A DNA stretch of 64,000 bases, from assembly GCA_044229975.1 (NCBI GenBank), contig JBGARZ010000016.1, forward strand, positions 128,001 through 192,000, read 5' to 3'. The notes under the pieces are model-generated. The model was not told the origin of the DNA. It did not search any database and saw only the letters and a list, made by a program, of their open reading frames with translations. The stretch's first letter is position 1; the number at the start of each line of letters is the position of its first letter. The position numbers were made by a program, and so were the translations under genes. The stretch is from Polyangiales bacterium. GTDB lineage: Bacteria; Myxococcota_A; Polyangia; Polyangiales; Ga0077539. This document shows positions 9,597 to 20,294 of the stretch, piece after piece.

Positions 9597-10337
9597 TCAC
9601 TCCTCCTGCGGCGCGGTGGGCTCGTCCTCGGTCGCGACGACGGCCGCGACGAAGCCGTAGTTCACCGTCGCGTTGGGCGCGCGAAAGGCCCCCATGTGGA
9701 CGTTGCAGAGCGCGGTGCCGAGGCAGATGCCCTGCGCGCGCGTGACGTCCGCGCTCAGGTTGACCTCGATGGGCAGTCCGTTGCCCGAAAACAGCATCCG
9801 CACCGGGACGCGTCCCTCGCGGTTCATCGGCGGTCGGCACGCGAGGACCGCTCGCTCCACGGGGAGAAACGCCCGCACGATCATGGCGTTGGTGGGGTCG
9901 TACGGCGACTGGGTGCTGGGTCGCACGGGCGAGCCTTCGCCTTCGCAGACGAGACGCGGCGCGGCGCGCGTGCCCGTCCAGCGGGGCGTGAGCGGGTGGC
10001 TCGCGGCGTTGGGCGGCGCGACCACGGGCGACCCGATGGAGGGCGCGTTGGCGCGCGGCTCGAAGCTCCCCGCGCCGACCCGCCGCACCGTCGGCGGCAG
10101 CGTCAAGCCACTGGGGTCGGGGGCGATGGTCACCGTCGCGGTCTCTGTGGTGGAAGAGGTCGCGGTGCTCGCGGTGGTGGTCGTCGTGGTGGTGACACCC
10201 GCGGCCGCGGCGGGCGGTCGTCGACGGCGACGTCGCGTGCGCTGCGCGGTCTGGGGCGCGGGCTCAGGGGTGCTGGCGCAGGCGTCGACGCCGAGCGCGG
10301 CGACGAGCAGGAGGATCGAACGAGCGGTCAGTGACAT
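9597..10337 (-). CDS. Hypothetical lipoprotein (poly-Arg/poly-Thr linker, Cys-containing C-terminal domain)
   Basis: Signal peptide with DAC; low-complexity linker. Confidence 0.65.
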   Translation of the reverse strand: MSLTARSILLLVAALGVDACASTPEPAPQTAQRTRRRRRRPPAAAAGVTTTTTTTASTATSSTTETATVTIAPDPSGLTLPPTVRRVGAGSFEPRANAPSIGSPVVAPPNAASHPLTPRWTGTRAAPRLVCEGEGSPVRPSTQSPYDPTNAMIVRAFLPVERAVLACRPPMNREGRVPVRMLFSGNGLPIEVNLSADVTRAQGICLGTALCNVHMGAFRAPNATVNYGFVAAVVATEDEPTAPQEE

Positions 10338-10497
10338 CGGGAGAGTCCTCTCGTCGAGGGTGACAAACGCCGTCGAGGGTGACCAGTGGACGTTGCTCCG
10401 CAGCGCTCGACGACAGGTGAGGCGCTCGACGGTGTGTTGCTCGCGGCGGGAGGGCGGTTCGAAGGCGGCGGGACCTCCCGCGAGGGGGAGCGTTCTA

Positions 10498-10527
10498 TTG
10501 ACACTGAGGGGGCGTCCTGACTAGCGT
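10498..10527 (+). promoter_or_regulatory. Putative sigma70 promoter for the nuo operon
   Basis: TTGACA (10498-10503), 18-nt spacer, TAGCGT (10522-10527), about 115 nt upstream of nuoE. Confidence 0.6.
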
Positions 10528-10642
10528 CCGCGCGTTTCGCGGTCCGGAGGTTCGCTCTGGGGCCGCGTTTTGTGGTGAAACCGGCGACGGCCCGCGGTAC
10601 CAGGCCGCGGTTTCTCCCGGTGAAGGAAAGCGATTCCCGACC

Positions 10643-11182
10643 ATGGCGTTCGAGCTCACTGCGGAGCGGCAGGCGATCTTCCAAGAGCTGCTTCCGAAGT
10701 ACCCGACGAAGAAGGCCCTCACCATCCCGCTGCTGCACATCTGCCAGGAGCAGCTCGGGTACGTCTCCGACGAGGTGATCGAGTACGTGGCGAAGCAGCT
10801 CGCGCTGAGCACCGCCGACGTGAAGGGCGTGGTGACGTTCTACACGCTGTTTCAGCAGAAGCCGGTGGGGCGCAACGTCGTCTGGGTGTGCCGCACGCTG
10901 AGCTGCGAGCTCATGGGCGCGCGCGAGATCACCGAGGCGCTGGAGCACAAGCTCGGCTGCCACCTCGGCGAGACCAGCAAGGACGGCGAGTTCACGCTGC
11001 TCGGGGCCGAGTGCCTCGCCGCCTGCGGCGGCGGCCCGATGCTCCAGCTCAACGACGAGTTCCACGAAAACCTCACCCCCGAGAAGCTGGACGCGATCAT
11101 CGACGCGGCCCGCAAGAAGAAGGACGCCCGCTGCGGCGCCACCTTCTCCCCCATTGGCATTCGCACCCGCAAGGAGCTGTGA
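10643..11182 (+). CDS. nuoE: NADH-quinone oxidoreductase subunit E
   Basis: 'VVTFYTLF', and 2Fe-2S ligands 'CRTLSC' and 'CLAAC'. Confidence 0.95.
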   Translation: MAFELTAERQAIFQELLPKYPTKKALTIPLLHICQEQLGYVSDEVIEYVAKQLALSTADVKGVVTFYTLFQQKPVGRNVVWVCRTLSCELMGAREITEALEHKLGCHLGETSKDGEFTLLGAECLAACGGGPMLQLNDEFHENLTPEKLDAIIDAARKKKDARCGATFSPIGIRTRKEL

Positions 11183-11187
11183 CCTTC

Positions 11188-12536
<1,349 letters not shown>

Positions 12537-12537
<1 letters not shown>

Positions 12538-13097
12538 TGCTCCCCGCCTCGACGCAGAGCCTCGTGGCGTTCGGGTTCTTCGCGGCCATGGCCGTGCTGA
12601 GCGCGATCGCGACGGTGAGCTTCCGCAACCCCATCCGCAACGCCGTCGGGCTCTTCGCCCACGTGCTCTCCCTCGCCGGGCTCTACATCACGCTGTCGGC
12701 GCACTTCCTCACGGCGGTGCAGCTCATCGTGTACGTGGGCGCCGTCGTGGTGCTCTTCGTCTTCGTCATCATGCTCCTCGGGCCCGGCTCCGAGACGCGC
12801 TCCGACGCCGCGGGCCGCTTCCCGCGCGCCGTCGGCGCAGGCGCCATGGTGGCCGTGGGCCTCTTCCTCGCGAGCATCGTGAAGGACCTGCGCATCGAGC
12901 GCGCGGCCAACCCGCCGGGCTTCGGCACCATCGAGTCCGTCGGGCGCGAGCTCTTCGGCCCGGCGATGATCCCCTTCGAAATGGCCTCGGTGCTCCTCAC
13001 CGTCGCCATCGTCGGGGCCTTCGCCATCGCGCGCGGTCACAACGGCAAGGTGAACCTCACCGAAGGTTCGACCGCGGCGGAAGGGGGCGAGGGATGA
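12537..13097 (+). CDS. nuoJ: NADH-quinone oxidoreductase subunit J
   Basis: 'QLIVYVGAVVVLFVFVIML', 'PFEMASVLL'. Confidence 0.95.
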
Positions 13098-13438
13098 TCC
13101 TCCACCTCGGTCACTACCTCGCGCTGTCGTGCGTGCTCTTCAGCATCGGCGCGGCGGGCTTCCTCTTCCGGCGCAACGTGCTCGTCTCGCTCATGAGCAT
13201 CGAGCTCATGATGAACGCCGTGAACCTCACCTTCATCGCCTCCAACCGCTGGCAGGCGGCGGTGGCCCCCGCCGACGGGGCGACCGGGGCCGTGATCCCC
13301 CACCACGGTCACCTCTTCACGTTCTTCGTCATCGCCGTCGCCGCCGCCGAGGCCGCGGTCGGGCTCGCCATCGTCCTGGCGTTCTACCGACTCCGCAAGA
13401 CCGTGCGCACCGACGCGGCCGACTCGCTCCGGGGATAA
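13094..13438 (+). CDS. nuoK: NADH-quinone oxidoreductase subunit K
   Basis: 'RRNVLVSLMSIELMMNAVNL', 'VAAAEAAVGLAI'. Confidence 0.95.
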   Translation: MILHLGHYLALSCVLFSIGAAGFLFRRNVLVSLMSIELMMNAVNLTFIASNRWQAAVAPADGATGAVIPHHGHLFTFFVIAVAAAEAAVGLAIVLAFYRLRKTVRTDAADSLRG

Positions 13439-13451
13439 GAGCTCTACCGCC

Positions 13452-15983
13452 ATGAACAAAATCGACTTCGGTCAGCTGCTCTCGGCCGCGCCGGACCACT
13501 ACTCCCCCCTCGGCTGGATCGTCCTGCTCCCGCTCCTCGGCGCCATCATCAACGGTGTCTGGGGCAAGCGCATCGGTCGGCAGGGCGTGTACATCGCGGG
13601 CATCTCCGCGGTGGGCATGTCCTTCGCGCTCGCGCTGCTGTCGTTCATCGCGCTGCTCAAGGCCGGTCACGCGGCGAGCGTCGCGGCGGCTGCTGACGTC
13701 GTCGCGGGCGCCCACGCGCACACCGGACATCACCTCGTCAGCCTGAGCTTCCGCGCGTGGGATTGGTTCCTCGCTCCGCTCGGTCCGACCGGCGTCGAGA
13801 TGATCCCGGTGCGCTACGTGGTCGACCCGCTCTCCGGCGTGATGCTGCTCGTGGTGACGGGCGTCGGAACGCTCATCCACGTGTACTCGGCCGGGTACAT
13901 GAGCCACGACCCGGGCTACGCGCGCTTCTTCGCGTACCTCAACCTCTTCATCTTCGCGATGCTCAACCTCATCCTGGGCGACAGCCTGGTGACGATGTTC
14001 CTGGGCTGGGAGGGTGTGGGTCTCGCGTCGTACCTGCTCATCGGCTTCTGGTACACGAACAACGACTACGCGACGGCGGGCCGCAAGGCCTTCATCGTCA
14101 ACCGCATCGGCGACGCGGGCCTCATCCTCGGGATGACCATCCTCGCGTGGAAGGGCGGCAGCTATCAGTTCGAGACCCTGCGCGCGCACATGAACGAAGA
14201 CACCTTCGTCAACGCGCTGCACGAGCACACCGGCCTCGGTCGCTTCCTCGTCGACGCCATCCCGGGCCTCGCCTCGTCGGCGCGGCTGAGCGCTCTCTTC
14301 GGCTCCATCGACTTCACCTGGGGCGGCGCCGCCTGCATGCTCCTGTTCATCGGCTGCTGCGGCAAGAGCGCGCAGTTTCCGCTGTACGTGTGGCTCCCCG
14401 ACGCGATGGCGGGCCCCACGCCCGTCTCGGCGCTCATCCACGCAGCGACCATGGTCACCGCGGGCATCTACCTGCTGTGCCGGTTGTCGTTCCTCTACAC
14501 GCACTACTCCACGGTGCTGAACATCGTCGCGCTCGTGGGCGCCTTCACCGCGCTCTTCGCGGCGAGCATCGCGGTGGTGCAGACCGACCTGAAGAAGGTG
14601 CTCGCGTACTCCACGGTGTCGCAGCTCGGCTTCATGTTCATGGGCTGCGGCGTCGGGGCCTTCAGCGCCGGCTTCTTCCACGTGTTCACCCACGCGTTCT
14701 TCAAGGCCTGCCTCTTCCTCGGCGCCGGCGCCGTGATGCACGCCTGCGGCGACCGCCAGGACATGCGCCTCCTCGGCGGCCTGCGGAAGTACCTCCCCAA
14801 CATCAGCCTGACGATGTTCGTCGCGACGCTCGCGATCATCGGCACGCCGCTCACCTCGGGGTTCTTCTCGAAGGACGAGATCCTCTTCCGCGCGCTCACC
14901 GCTCCGTCCGCGACGGTCGGCAAGATCGTGTACGGCACCGGCCTCCTCGCCGCGACGCTGACGGCCTTCTACATGTGCCGCATGTTCATCCTCACCTTCG
15001 AGGGTGCCGGCGCGCCGAAGTACCACGACCCGGACAAGGTCGCGGACGAGCACGGCCACGACGACCACGGACACGGACACGGCGACCCCAACGCGCTTCC
15101 GTCCGAGCTCGGCATCGACATGAAGCTCATGATCGGCCCGCTCTTCGTCCTGGCGGCGCTCTCGCTGCTGGTGAGCACGCTGGCCACCTGGCCGGGGCAC
15201 GAGGGCTACCTCCCGGCCTTCCTCGAACCCGTCGTCGCCGACGTGATGCACTTCCAGACTGCCGAGTTCCGGCACCACGCCCACTCCATGGAGTGGCCGT
15301 CGATGGTGGGCGGAGTGCTCGCTTGGATCATCGGCACCGGCCTCGCCTACTGGGTCTACGTGCTCCAGAAGGGCAAGCCCGCCGACGACGCCGCGAAGGC
15401 CGCCCCCGGCCTCTACCGGCTGGTCTACGACAAGTGGCGCATCGACGAGCTCTACGACGTCACGGTGCTGCGCCTCACCCGCGGCGCCGCCATCTTCGCG
15501 GCGGGCTTCGACCGCTACTTCGTCGACGGCATCGTCAACCTCACGGGCAACCTCGCCGTCGGCCTCGGTCGCCTGGTGAAGCCCATCCAGACCGGCGCCA
15601 TCCAGGTGTACGGCGCCTTCGTCGGCGTCGGAACGCTCGCCCTCGTCGTCTGGGCGACCATGATGCCGTCGGTGTCCATCGCCTACCGCGCCGGTGCGCC
15701 CGCCACGCTCGAAGCGAGCGGCGGTCCCGGGTACACCTACCGCTGGGGCTTCTACGAGCCCGACGCGCGGCCCGAGGCCAACCTCCTCGACCAGCGCTGC
15801 CCCGTCGCCCGCGCCACCGACGCGCTCTCCCGCGCCGAGGCACCCACCGCGCTGACCCAGCGCACCGAGCCCGTCACGGCGGCCCGCTGCGTGGTGGTCG
15901 AGGCCACCAACGCCTTCGGTCGACGCGCGGTCGCCCGCTCCCTCGTGCTCCCTCAGGGCGCTGACAACCAGGCAGGTCGCTGA
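13452..15983 (+). CDS. nuoL: NADH-quinone oxidoreductase subunit L with C-terminal extension
   Basis: 'GKSAQFPLYVWLPDAMAGPTPVSALIHAATMVTAG', 'KKVLAYSTVSQLG', 'HAFFKA'. Confidence 0.97.
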   Translation: MNKIDFGQLLSAAPDHYSPLGWIVLLPLLGAIINGVWGKRIGRQGVYIAGISAVGMSFALALLSFIALLKAGHAASVAAAADVVAGAHAHTGHHLVSLSFRAWDWFLAPLGPTGVEMIPVRYVVDPLSGVMLLVVTGVGTLIHVYSAGYMSHDPGYARFFAYLNLFIFAMLNLILGDSLVTMFLGWEGVGLASYLLIGFWYTNNDYATAGRKAFIVNRIGDAGLILGMTILAWKGGSYQFETLRAHMNEDTFVNALHEHTGLGRFLVDAIPGLASSARLSALFGSIDFTWGGAACMLLFIGCCGKSAQFPLYVWLPDAMAGPTPVSALIHAATMVTAGIYLLCRLSFLYTHYSTVLNIVALVGAFTALFAASIAVVQTDLKKVLAYSTVSQLGFMFMGCGVGAFSAGFFHVFTHAFFKACLFLGAGAVMHACGDRQDMRLLGGLRKYLPNISLTMFVATLAIIGTPLTSGFFSKDEILFRALTAPSATVGKIVYGTGLLAATLTAFYMCRMFILTFEGAGAPKYHDPDKVADEHGHDDHGHGHGDPNALPSELGIDMKLMIGPLFVLAALSLLVSTLATWPGHEGYLPAFLEPVVADVMHFQTAEFRHHAHSMEWPSMVGGVLAWIIGTGLAYWVYVLQKGKPADDAAKAAPGLYRLVYDKWRIDELYDVTVLRLTRGAAIFAAGFDRYFVDGIVNLTGNLAVGLGRLVKPIQTGAIQVYGAFVGVGTLALVVWATMMPSVSIAYRAGAPATLEASGGPGYTYRWGFYEPDARPEANLLDQRCPVARATDALSRAEAPTALTQRTEPVTAARCVVVEATNAFGRRAVARSLVLPQGADNQAGR

Positions 15984-15988
15984 ACGCC

Positions 15989-17737
15989 ATGGACTCCACT
16001 CAAACGACCCGGCACCTGCTCTCGGTGCTCATCTGGTTCCCGGCGGCCGCTGCGCTGCTGGCGCTCTTCCTCCCGCGGCAGGCCCCCAAGGTGCTGCGCG
16101 CGTACGGCGTCGGCGTCGGGCTCTTCCTCTTCGGGCAGTCGCTGCAACTGCTGGTGGGCTCCACCCACTCGGTGCAGTCGCGCACCTTCCGCTTCGTCGA
16201 AAACGTCGAGTGGATCCCGGCGTTCGGGATTCGCTACCACCTCGGCCTGGACGGCATCTCGCTCTGGCTCGTCATCCTGACGACCTTCCTCACGCCGCTC
16301 ACGCTGTACGTGTCCTTCGGCGCGATCCGTAATCGCCAGAAGGAGTTCATCGCCGCGATGCTCTTCCTCCAGAGCGCGATGATCGGGGCCTTCGTCTCCC
16401 TCGACCTGTTCCTGTTCTACACGTTCTGGGAGCTGATGCTGGTGCCGATGTTCCTCATGATCGGCGTCTTCGGAGGCAAGAACTCCGTGTACGCCGCCGT
16501 GAAGTTCTTCCTCTACACCTTCGCGGGCTCGGTCTTCATGCTGCTCGCGATCCTGTACATGGTCGCGCAGTACAAGGGCCTCACCGGCAACTACTCGTTC
16601 GACTATCAAGACCTGATGCGCCTCGCGTTCCCCGCGAGCACCGAGCGCTGGCTCTTCGCGGCCTTCACGCTGGCCTTCGCCATCAAGGTCCCGATGTGGC
16701 CGGTGCACACCTGGCTGCCCGACGCGCACACCGAGGCGCCCACCGGCGGCTCGATGATCCTCGCGGCCATCATGCTGAAGCTCGGCACCTACGGCTTCCT
16801 GCGCTTCAGCCTCGGGTTCTTCCCGCAGGCCGCCCACTGGATCGGCCCGACGGTCGCCCTCTTCGCCTGCATCGGCATCATCTACGGCGCCCTCGCGGCG
16901 TGGCGTCAGTACGACTTCAAGCGCCTCATCGCGTACTCCTCGGTGAGCCACCTCGGGTTCGTGATGCTCGGCCTCGCGTCGCGCTCTCCGACGGGTGTCT
17001 CCGGCGCCATCCTCCAGATGGTCAACCACGGCATCTCCACCGGCGCGCTCTTCCTCCTCGTCGGCGTCATCTACGACCGCCGCCACACCCGTGACGTCGC
17101 GGAGTTCGGCGGGCTCGCCAAGGTCATGCCCTGGTACGCCGCCGTCTTCGTGCTCGTCACCATGAGCTCCATCGGCCTGCCGGGGACCAACGGGTTCATC
17201 GGCGAGTTCCTCATCATCACGGGGAGCTTCGGCGCCGAGCTGCTGCGCTGGTCGTACCACTGCATGGGCAACGACTGCGACGTGGCCCAGATCGGCCCGT
17301 GGTTCGGCCTGCTCGCGGTGAGCGGCGTGATCCTCGGCGCGGTCTACATGCTCGACGTCACGCAGAAGGTCTTCTTCGGCGCCAACACCAACCCGAAGAA
17401 CCGCCACCTCGAAGACCTCAACCCCCGCGAGTGGACGGGCCTCGCCCCGCTCGTCGTCGCCATCTTCGCGCTGGGCTTGTTCCCCATGTACTTCCGCGAC
17501 CGCATCGACCCGTCGGTGCGCGCCTTCCTCGCGGTCTACAACAGCAAGCGCGAGGCGGTGCGCGACCCCATGAACGCCCACCCCACGCCGTGGCTCCTCG
17601 ACGCGTCGGCCATCACTCCGCCGGCCACCGACCCGGGCAACGGCCTGCCCGCGCGACCGCCGCCGTTGGAGGGCGCCGCGCCGCACGCCGCCCGCACCGC
17701 GCGCACCACCGACCTCCTCGTCGCGCAGGGAGACTGA
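15989..17737 (+). CDS. nuoM: NADH-quinone oxidoreductase subunit M
   Basis: 'HTWLPDAHTEAPTGGS', 'LKLGTYG', 'AYSSVSHLG'. Confidence 0.97.
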   Translation: MDSTQTTRHLLSVLIWFPAAAALLALFLPRQAPKVLRAYGVGVGLFLFGQSLQLLVGSTHSVQSRTFRFVENVEWIPAFGIRYHLGLDGISLWLVILTTFLTPLTLYVSFGAIRNRQKEFIAAMLFLQSAMIGAFVSLDLFLFYTFWELMLVPMFLMIGVFGGKNSVYAAVKFFLYTFAGSVFMLLAILYMVAQYKGLTGNYSFDYQDLMRLAFPASTERWLFAAFTLAFAIKVPMWPVHTWLPDAHTEAPTGGSMILAAIMLKLGTYGFLRFSLGFFPQAAHWIGPTVALFACIGIIYGALAAWRQYDFKRLIAYSSVSHLGFVMLGLASRSPTGVSGAILQMVNHGISTGALFLLVGVIYDRRHTRDVAEFGGLAKVMPWYAAVFVLVTMSSIGLPGTNGFIGEFLIITGSFGAELLRWSYHCMGNDCDVAQIGPWFGLLAVSGVILGAVYMLDVTQKVFFGANTNPKNRHLEDLNPREWTGLAPLVVAIFALGLFPMYFRDRIDPSVRAFLAVYNSKREAVRDPMNAHPTPWLLDASAITPPATDPGNGLPARPPPLEGAAPHAARTARTTDLLVAQGD

Positions 17738-17741
17738 GAAC

Positions 17742-19301
17742 GTGAACCTCCTCCTGGTCCTCGCTCCCATCCTCACGCTCGCCGTCGGCGGCGTGGTCCT
17801 CATGATGCTCGACGCCTTCCAGAAGGAAGACGGCCAGCTCGCGATGCCCACGGCGCTGCTGCACTTCGTCGCCGCCGCCGCCGCCCTCGCGCTCTGGCAG
17901 CGCGGCATCCCCGCGACGGCCGCTGCTGCCGTCGCCCCGTGGCTCACCATCGACCGCACCGGGCTCTTCCTCGCGGCCGTCATCTCCGTCGGCGGCGCGC
18001 TCGCGTCGCTGCTCGCGGGCGGCTACCTCGCCGAGCACAAGCTCGATCGCGGCGAGTACTACCCCCTCATCGCCTTCGCCTCGTCGGGCGCCATCATGCT
18101 GGCGCAGGCGGGCGACACGCTGACCCTCTTCCTGGGTCTGGAGACGATGTCCCTGGGCGTGTACGCGATGACCGGCTTCCGCCGCAGCAACGTCCGCTCG
18201 GTCGAGGCCGCGCTCAAGTACTTCCTGCTGGGCTCGTTCGCCGCCGCGCTGCTGCTCTTCGGGGCCGCGCTGCTCTACGCCATCACCGGGCACACCGACT
18301 ACGCGGGCATCGCCGCGGCCCTGCGCCCGACCGCCGAGCTCCCCACCGACCTCGTGGCCCGCGCCGCCGAGGAGCAGCTCCGCAGCATCCACACGCGCAT
18401 CTCCATCTTCGCGATGGTCCTCGTCATCGTCGGCCTCGCCTTCAAGGTCGGCGCCGTCCCCTTCCACATGTGGACGCCCGACGCCTACGAGGGCGCGCCG
18501 ACGTCGACCACCGCGTACATGAGCGTCGTGGTGAAGGCGGCAGCCTTCGGCGCATTCATGCGGGTCATGCTGGTGATCTTCGGCGACGCGGGCAGCGCGA
18601 GCGGCACCGCGGGCTGGCCGGCTCTCCTCGCCTGGATCGCCGTCCTCACCATGACCATCGCCAACCTCGTCGCCCTCACGCAGACCAGCGTGAAGCGCAT
18701 GCTGGCGTACAGCTCCATCGCGCACGGCGGGTACATCCTCCTGGGCGTGCTCGCGGCCCCCAAGGATGGCGTCGGCATCGCGGCGCAGGCCTCGGTGCTC
18801 TTCTACCTGGCGGGCTACGCGGTCACCAACGTGGGCGTCTTCGCGGCGCTCGCGCTCGCGGGCCGTCGCGGCGCCGAGGCGGTGAGCTTCGACGACCTCT
18901 CGGGCTACGCGCGGCGTCACCCGGCGGCGGGCTTCGCGCTGGCGTTCTTCCTCCTGTCGCTGACGGGCATCCCCCCGACGGTGGGCTTCTTCGGGAAGTT
19001 CTACGTCATCCGCGCGACCCTCGACGCGGGCTACTCCACGCTGGCCATCATCGCCGTGCTCAACAGCGCGGTGTCGGCCTACTACTACCTCGGCGTGCTG
19101 GTGAAGATGTACATGCGCGAGCCCGCTCCGGGTGCTGCGCAGGCCGCGCCCAACCGGTCGTTCTACATCGTGTTCACCATCCTCGTGTCGGCGGCGCTGG
19201 TGCTTCACATGGGCATGCTCCCGCAGCGCTGGCTCAGCCTCGCCATCGAGGCCTCGACCCCCGTCACCGCTCCCGCCGCCGCCCCCGCCGCGCAGCCCTG
19301 A
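17742..19301 (+). CDS. nuoN: NADH-quinone oxidoreductase subunit N
   Basis: 'EAALKYFLLG', 'FKVGAVPFHMWTPDAYEGAP', 'KRMLAYSSIAHGGY'. Confidence 0.97.
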   Translation: MNLLLVLAPILTLAVGGVVLMMLDAFQKEDGQLAMPTALLHFVAAAAALALWQRGIPATAAAAVAPWLTIDRTGLFLAAVISVGGALASLLAGGYLAEHKLDRGEYYPLIAFASSGAIMLAQAGDTLTLFLGLETMSLGVYAMTGFRRSNVRSVEAALKYFLLGSFAAALLLFGAALLYAITGHTDYAGIAAALRPTAELPTDLVARAAEEQLRSIHTRISIFAMVLVIVGLAFKVGAVPFHMWTPDAYEGAPTSTTAYMSVVVKAAAFGAFMRVMLVIFGDAGSASGTAGWPALLAWIAVLTMTIANLVALTQTSVKRMLAYSSIAHGGYILLGVLAAPKDGVGIAAQASVLFYLAGYAVTNVGVFAALALAGRRGAEAVSFDDLSGYARRHPAAGFALAFFLLSLTGIPPTVGFFGKFYVIRATLDAGYSTLAIIAVLNSAVSAYYYLGVLVKMYMREPAPGAAQAAPNRSFYIVFTILVSAALVLHMGMLPQRWLSLAIEASTPVTAPAAAPAAQP

Positions 19302-19345
19302 GGCCGTCTACGCCTCTGGCACACGGCATGGAACACTCCTCCACC

Positions 19346-20221
19346 ATGTCGCATCGACTCCCGCTGGTTTCCCGGCATTTCCCCTTCCTCACCACCTCGC
19401 TGCTGACAACCGGGTTGGCGCTCACCGGGTGCAACCGCCCCGCCCCCGAGCCCCGCGTGGCAACGCCCGTGGTCGCCGACGCGGGCGCTTCGCGAACGCG
19501 CCCGACGCCACCACCGCCGTCGGGTCCGACCGGCTCGGTCGAGGGCCTGGTGCGGTTGACCGGGACGGTTCCGGCGCCGGAGCCCATCGCCATCGACGCG
19601 GACGTCGCTCGCATGCGCGGGTGCGCCGACAGCGCGCGCGGGTACTACGCCAACCCCTACGGCATCACCGCGGCCGGGCCGCTGCCCGAGGCGCTGGTCA
19701 CGGTCGACGCGCGCACCTCGTCACCGCCTCCAGCGCGGCGTCGCACCGCGACCTTCAACGACTGCACCATCGAGCCGAGGGTGTTGGCGATGGACATGGC
19801 CGACACGCTGGTGATGCACGCCTCCACGGACGCGCATCACCTCACGAAGGTCGACGGCATGGGCGCCACCATCGCGCAGATGCTCATGCCCAACGACGAC
19901 CAGGAGAAGACCCTCCAGCGCCCCGGGCGGTACATCCTGCACTCGGTGCTCTTCCCCAACTGGATGCAGACGCCGCTCATCGTGATGCGCAACCCCTTCT
20001 ACGACCAGACGAGCCGCGAGGGTCGCTACCGCATCAACAACGTCCCGGCGGGCACGTACACCATGCACGCCTGGTTTCCGGGGCTCCAGGACGTGAGCGC
20101 GAGCGTCACCGTCACCGCGGGCGCGACCGCGCAGGTGGACTTCGCGCTCGCTGCTCAGCCGCTCGCCGCGGTGCGCCCGCCGATGGCGCCACCGTCCGAC
20201 GCGGGCGCTGTCATTCCGTAG
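19346..20221 (+). CDS. Lipoprotein with carboxypeptidase-regulatory-like domain
   Basis: Lipobox LTGC; 'GSVEGLVRLTG', 'GRYRINNVPAGTYTMHAW'. The start could also be 19328. Confidence 0.75.
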   Translation: MSHRLPLVSRHFPFLTTSLLTTGLALTGCNRPAPEPRVATPVVADAGASRTRPTPPPPSGPTGSVEGLVRLTGTVPAPEPIAIDADVARMRGCADSARGYYANPYGITAAGPLPEALVTVDARTSSPPPARRRTATFNDCTIEPRVLAMDMADTLVMHASTDAHHLTKVDGMGATIAQMLMPNDDQEKTLQRPGRYILHSVLFPNWMQTPLIVMRNPFYDQTSREGRYRINNVPAGTYTMHAWFPGLQDVSASVTVTAGATAQVDFALAAQPLAAVRPPMAPPSDAGAVIP

Positions 20222-20294
20222 CGGGAGTGGTCTGGGAGTCGTCGCGTCCAGCTACCGCGGGTTGAAAACCCACGGCAGCGGGGGCGCAGCGAAC

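Noticed and set aside
19316..19333. Sigma54 promoter-like CTGGCACACGGCATGGAA upstream of the 19346 gene
   Set aside because: The -24 element is good but the -12 position reads GG rather than GC; too weak to call.
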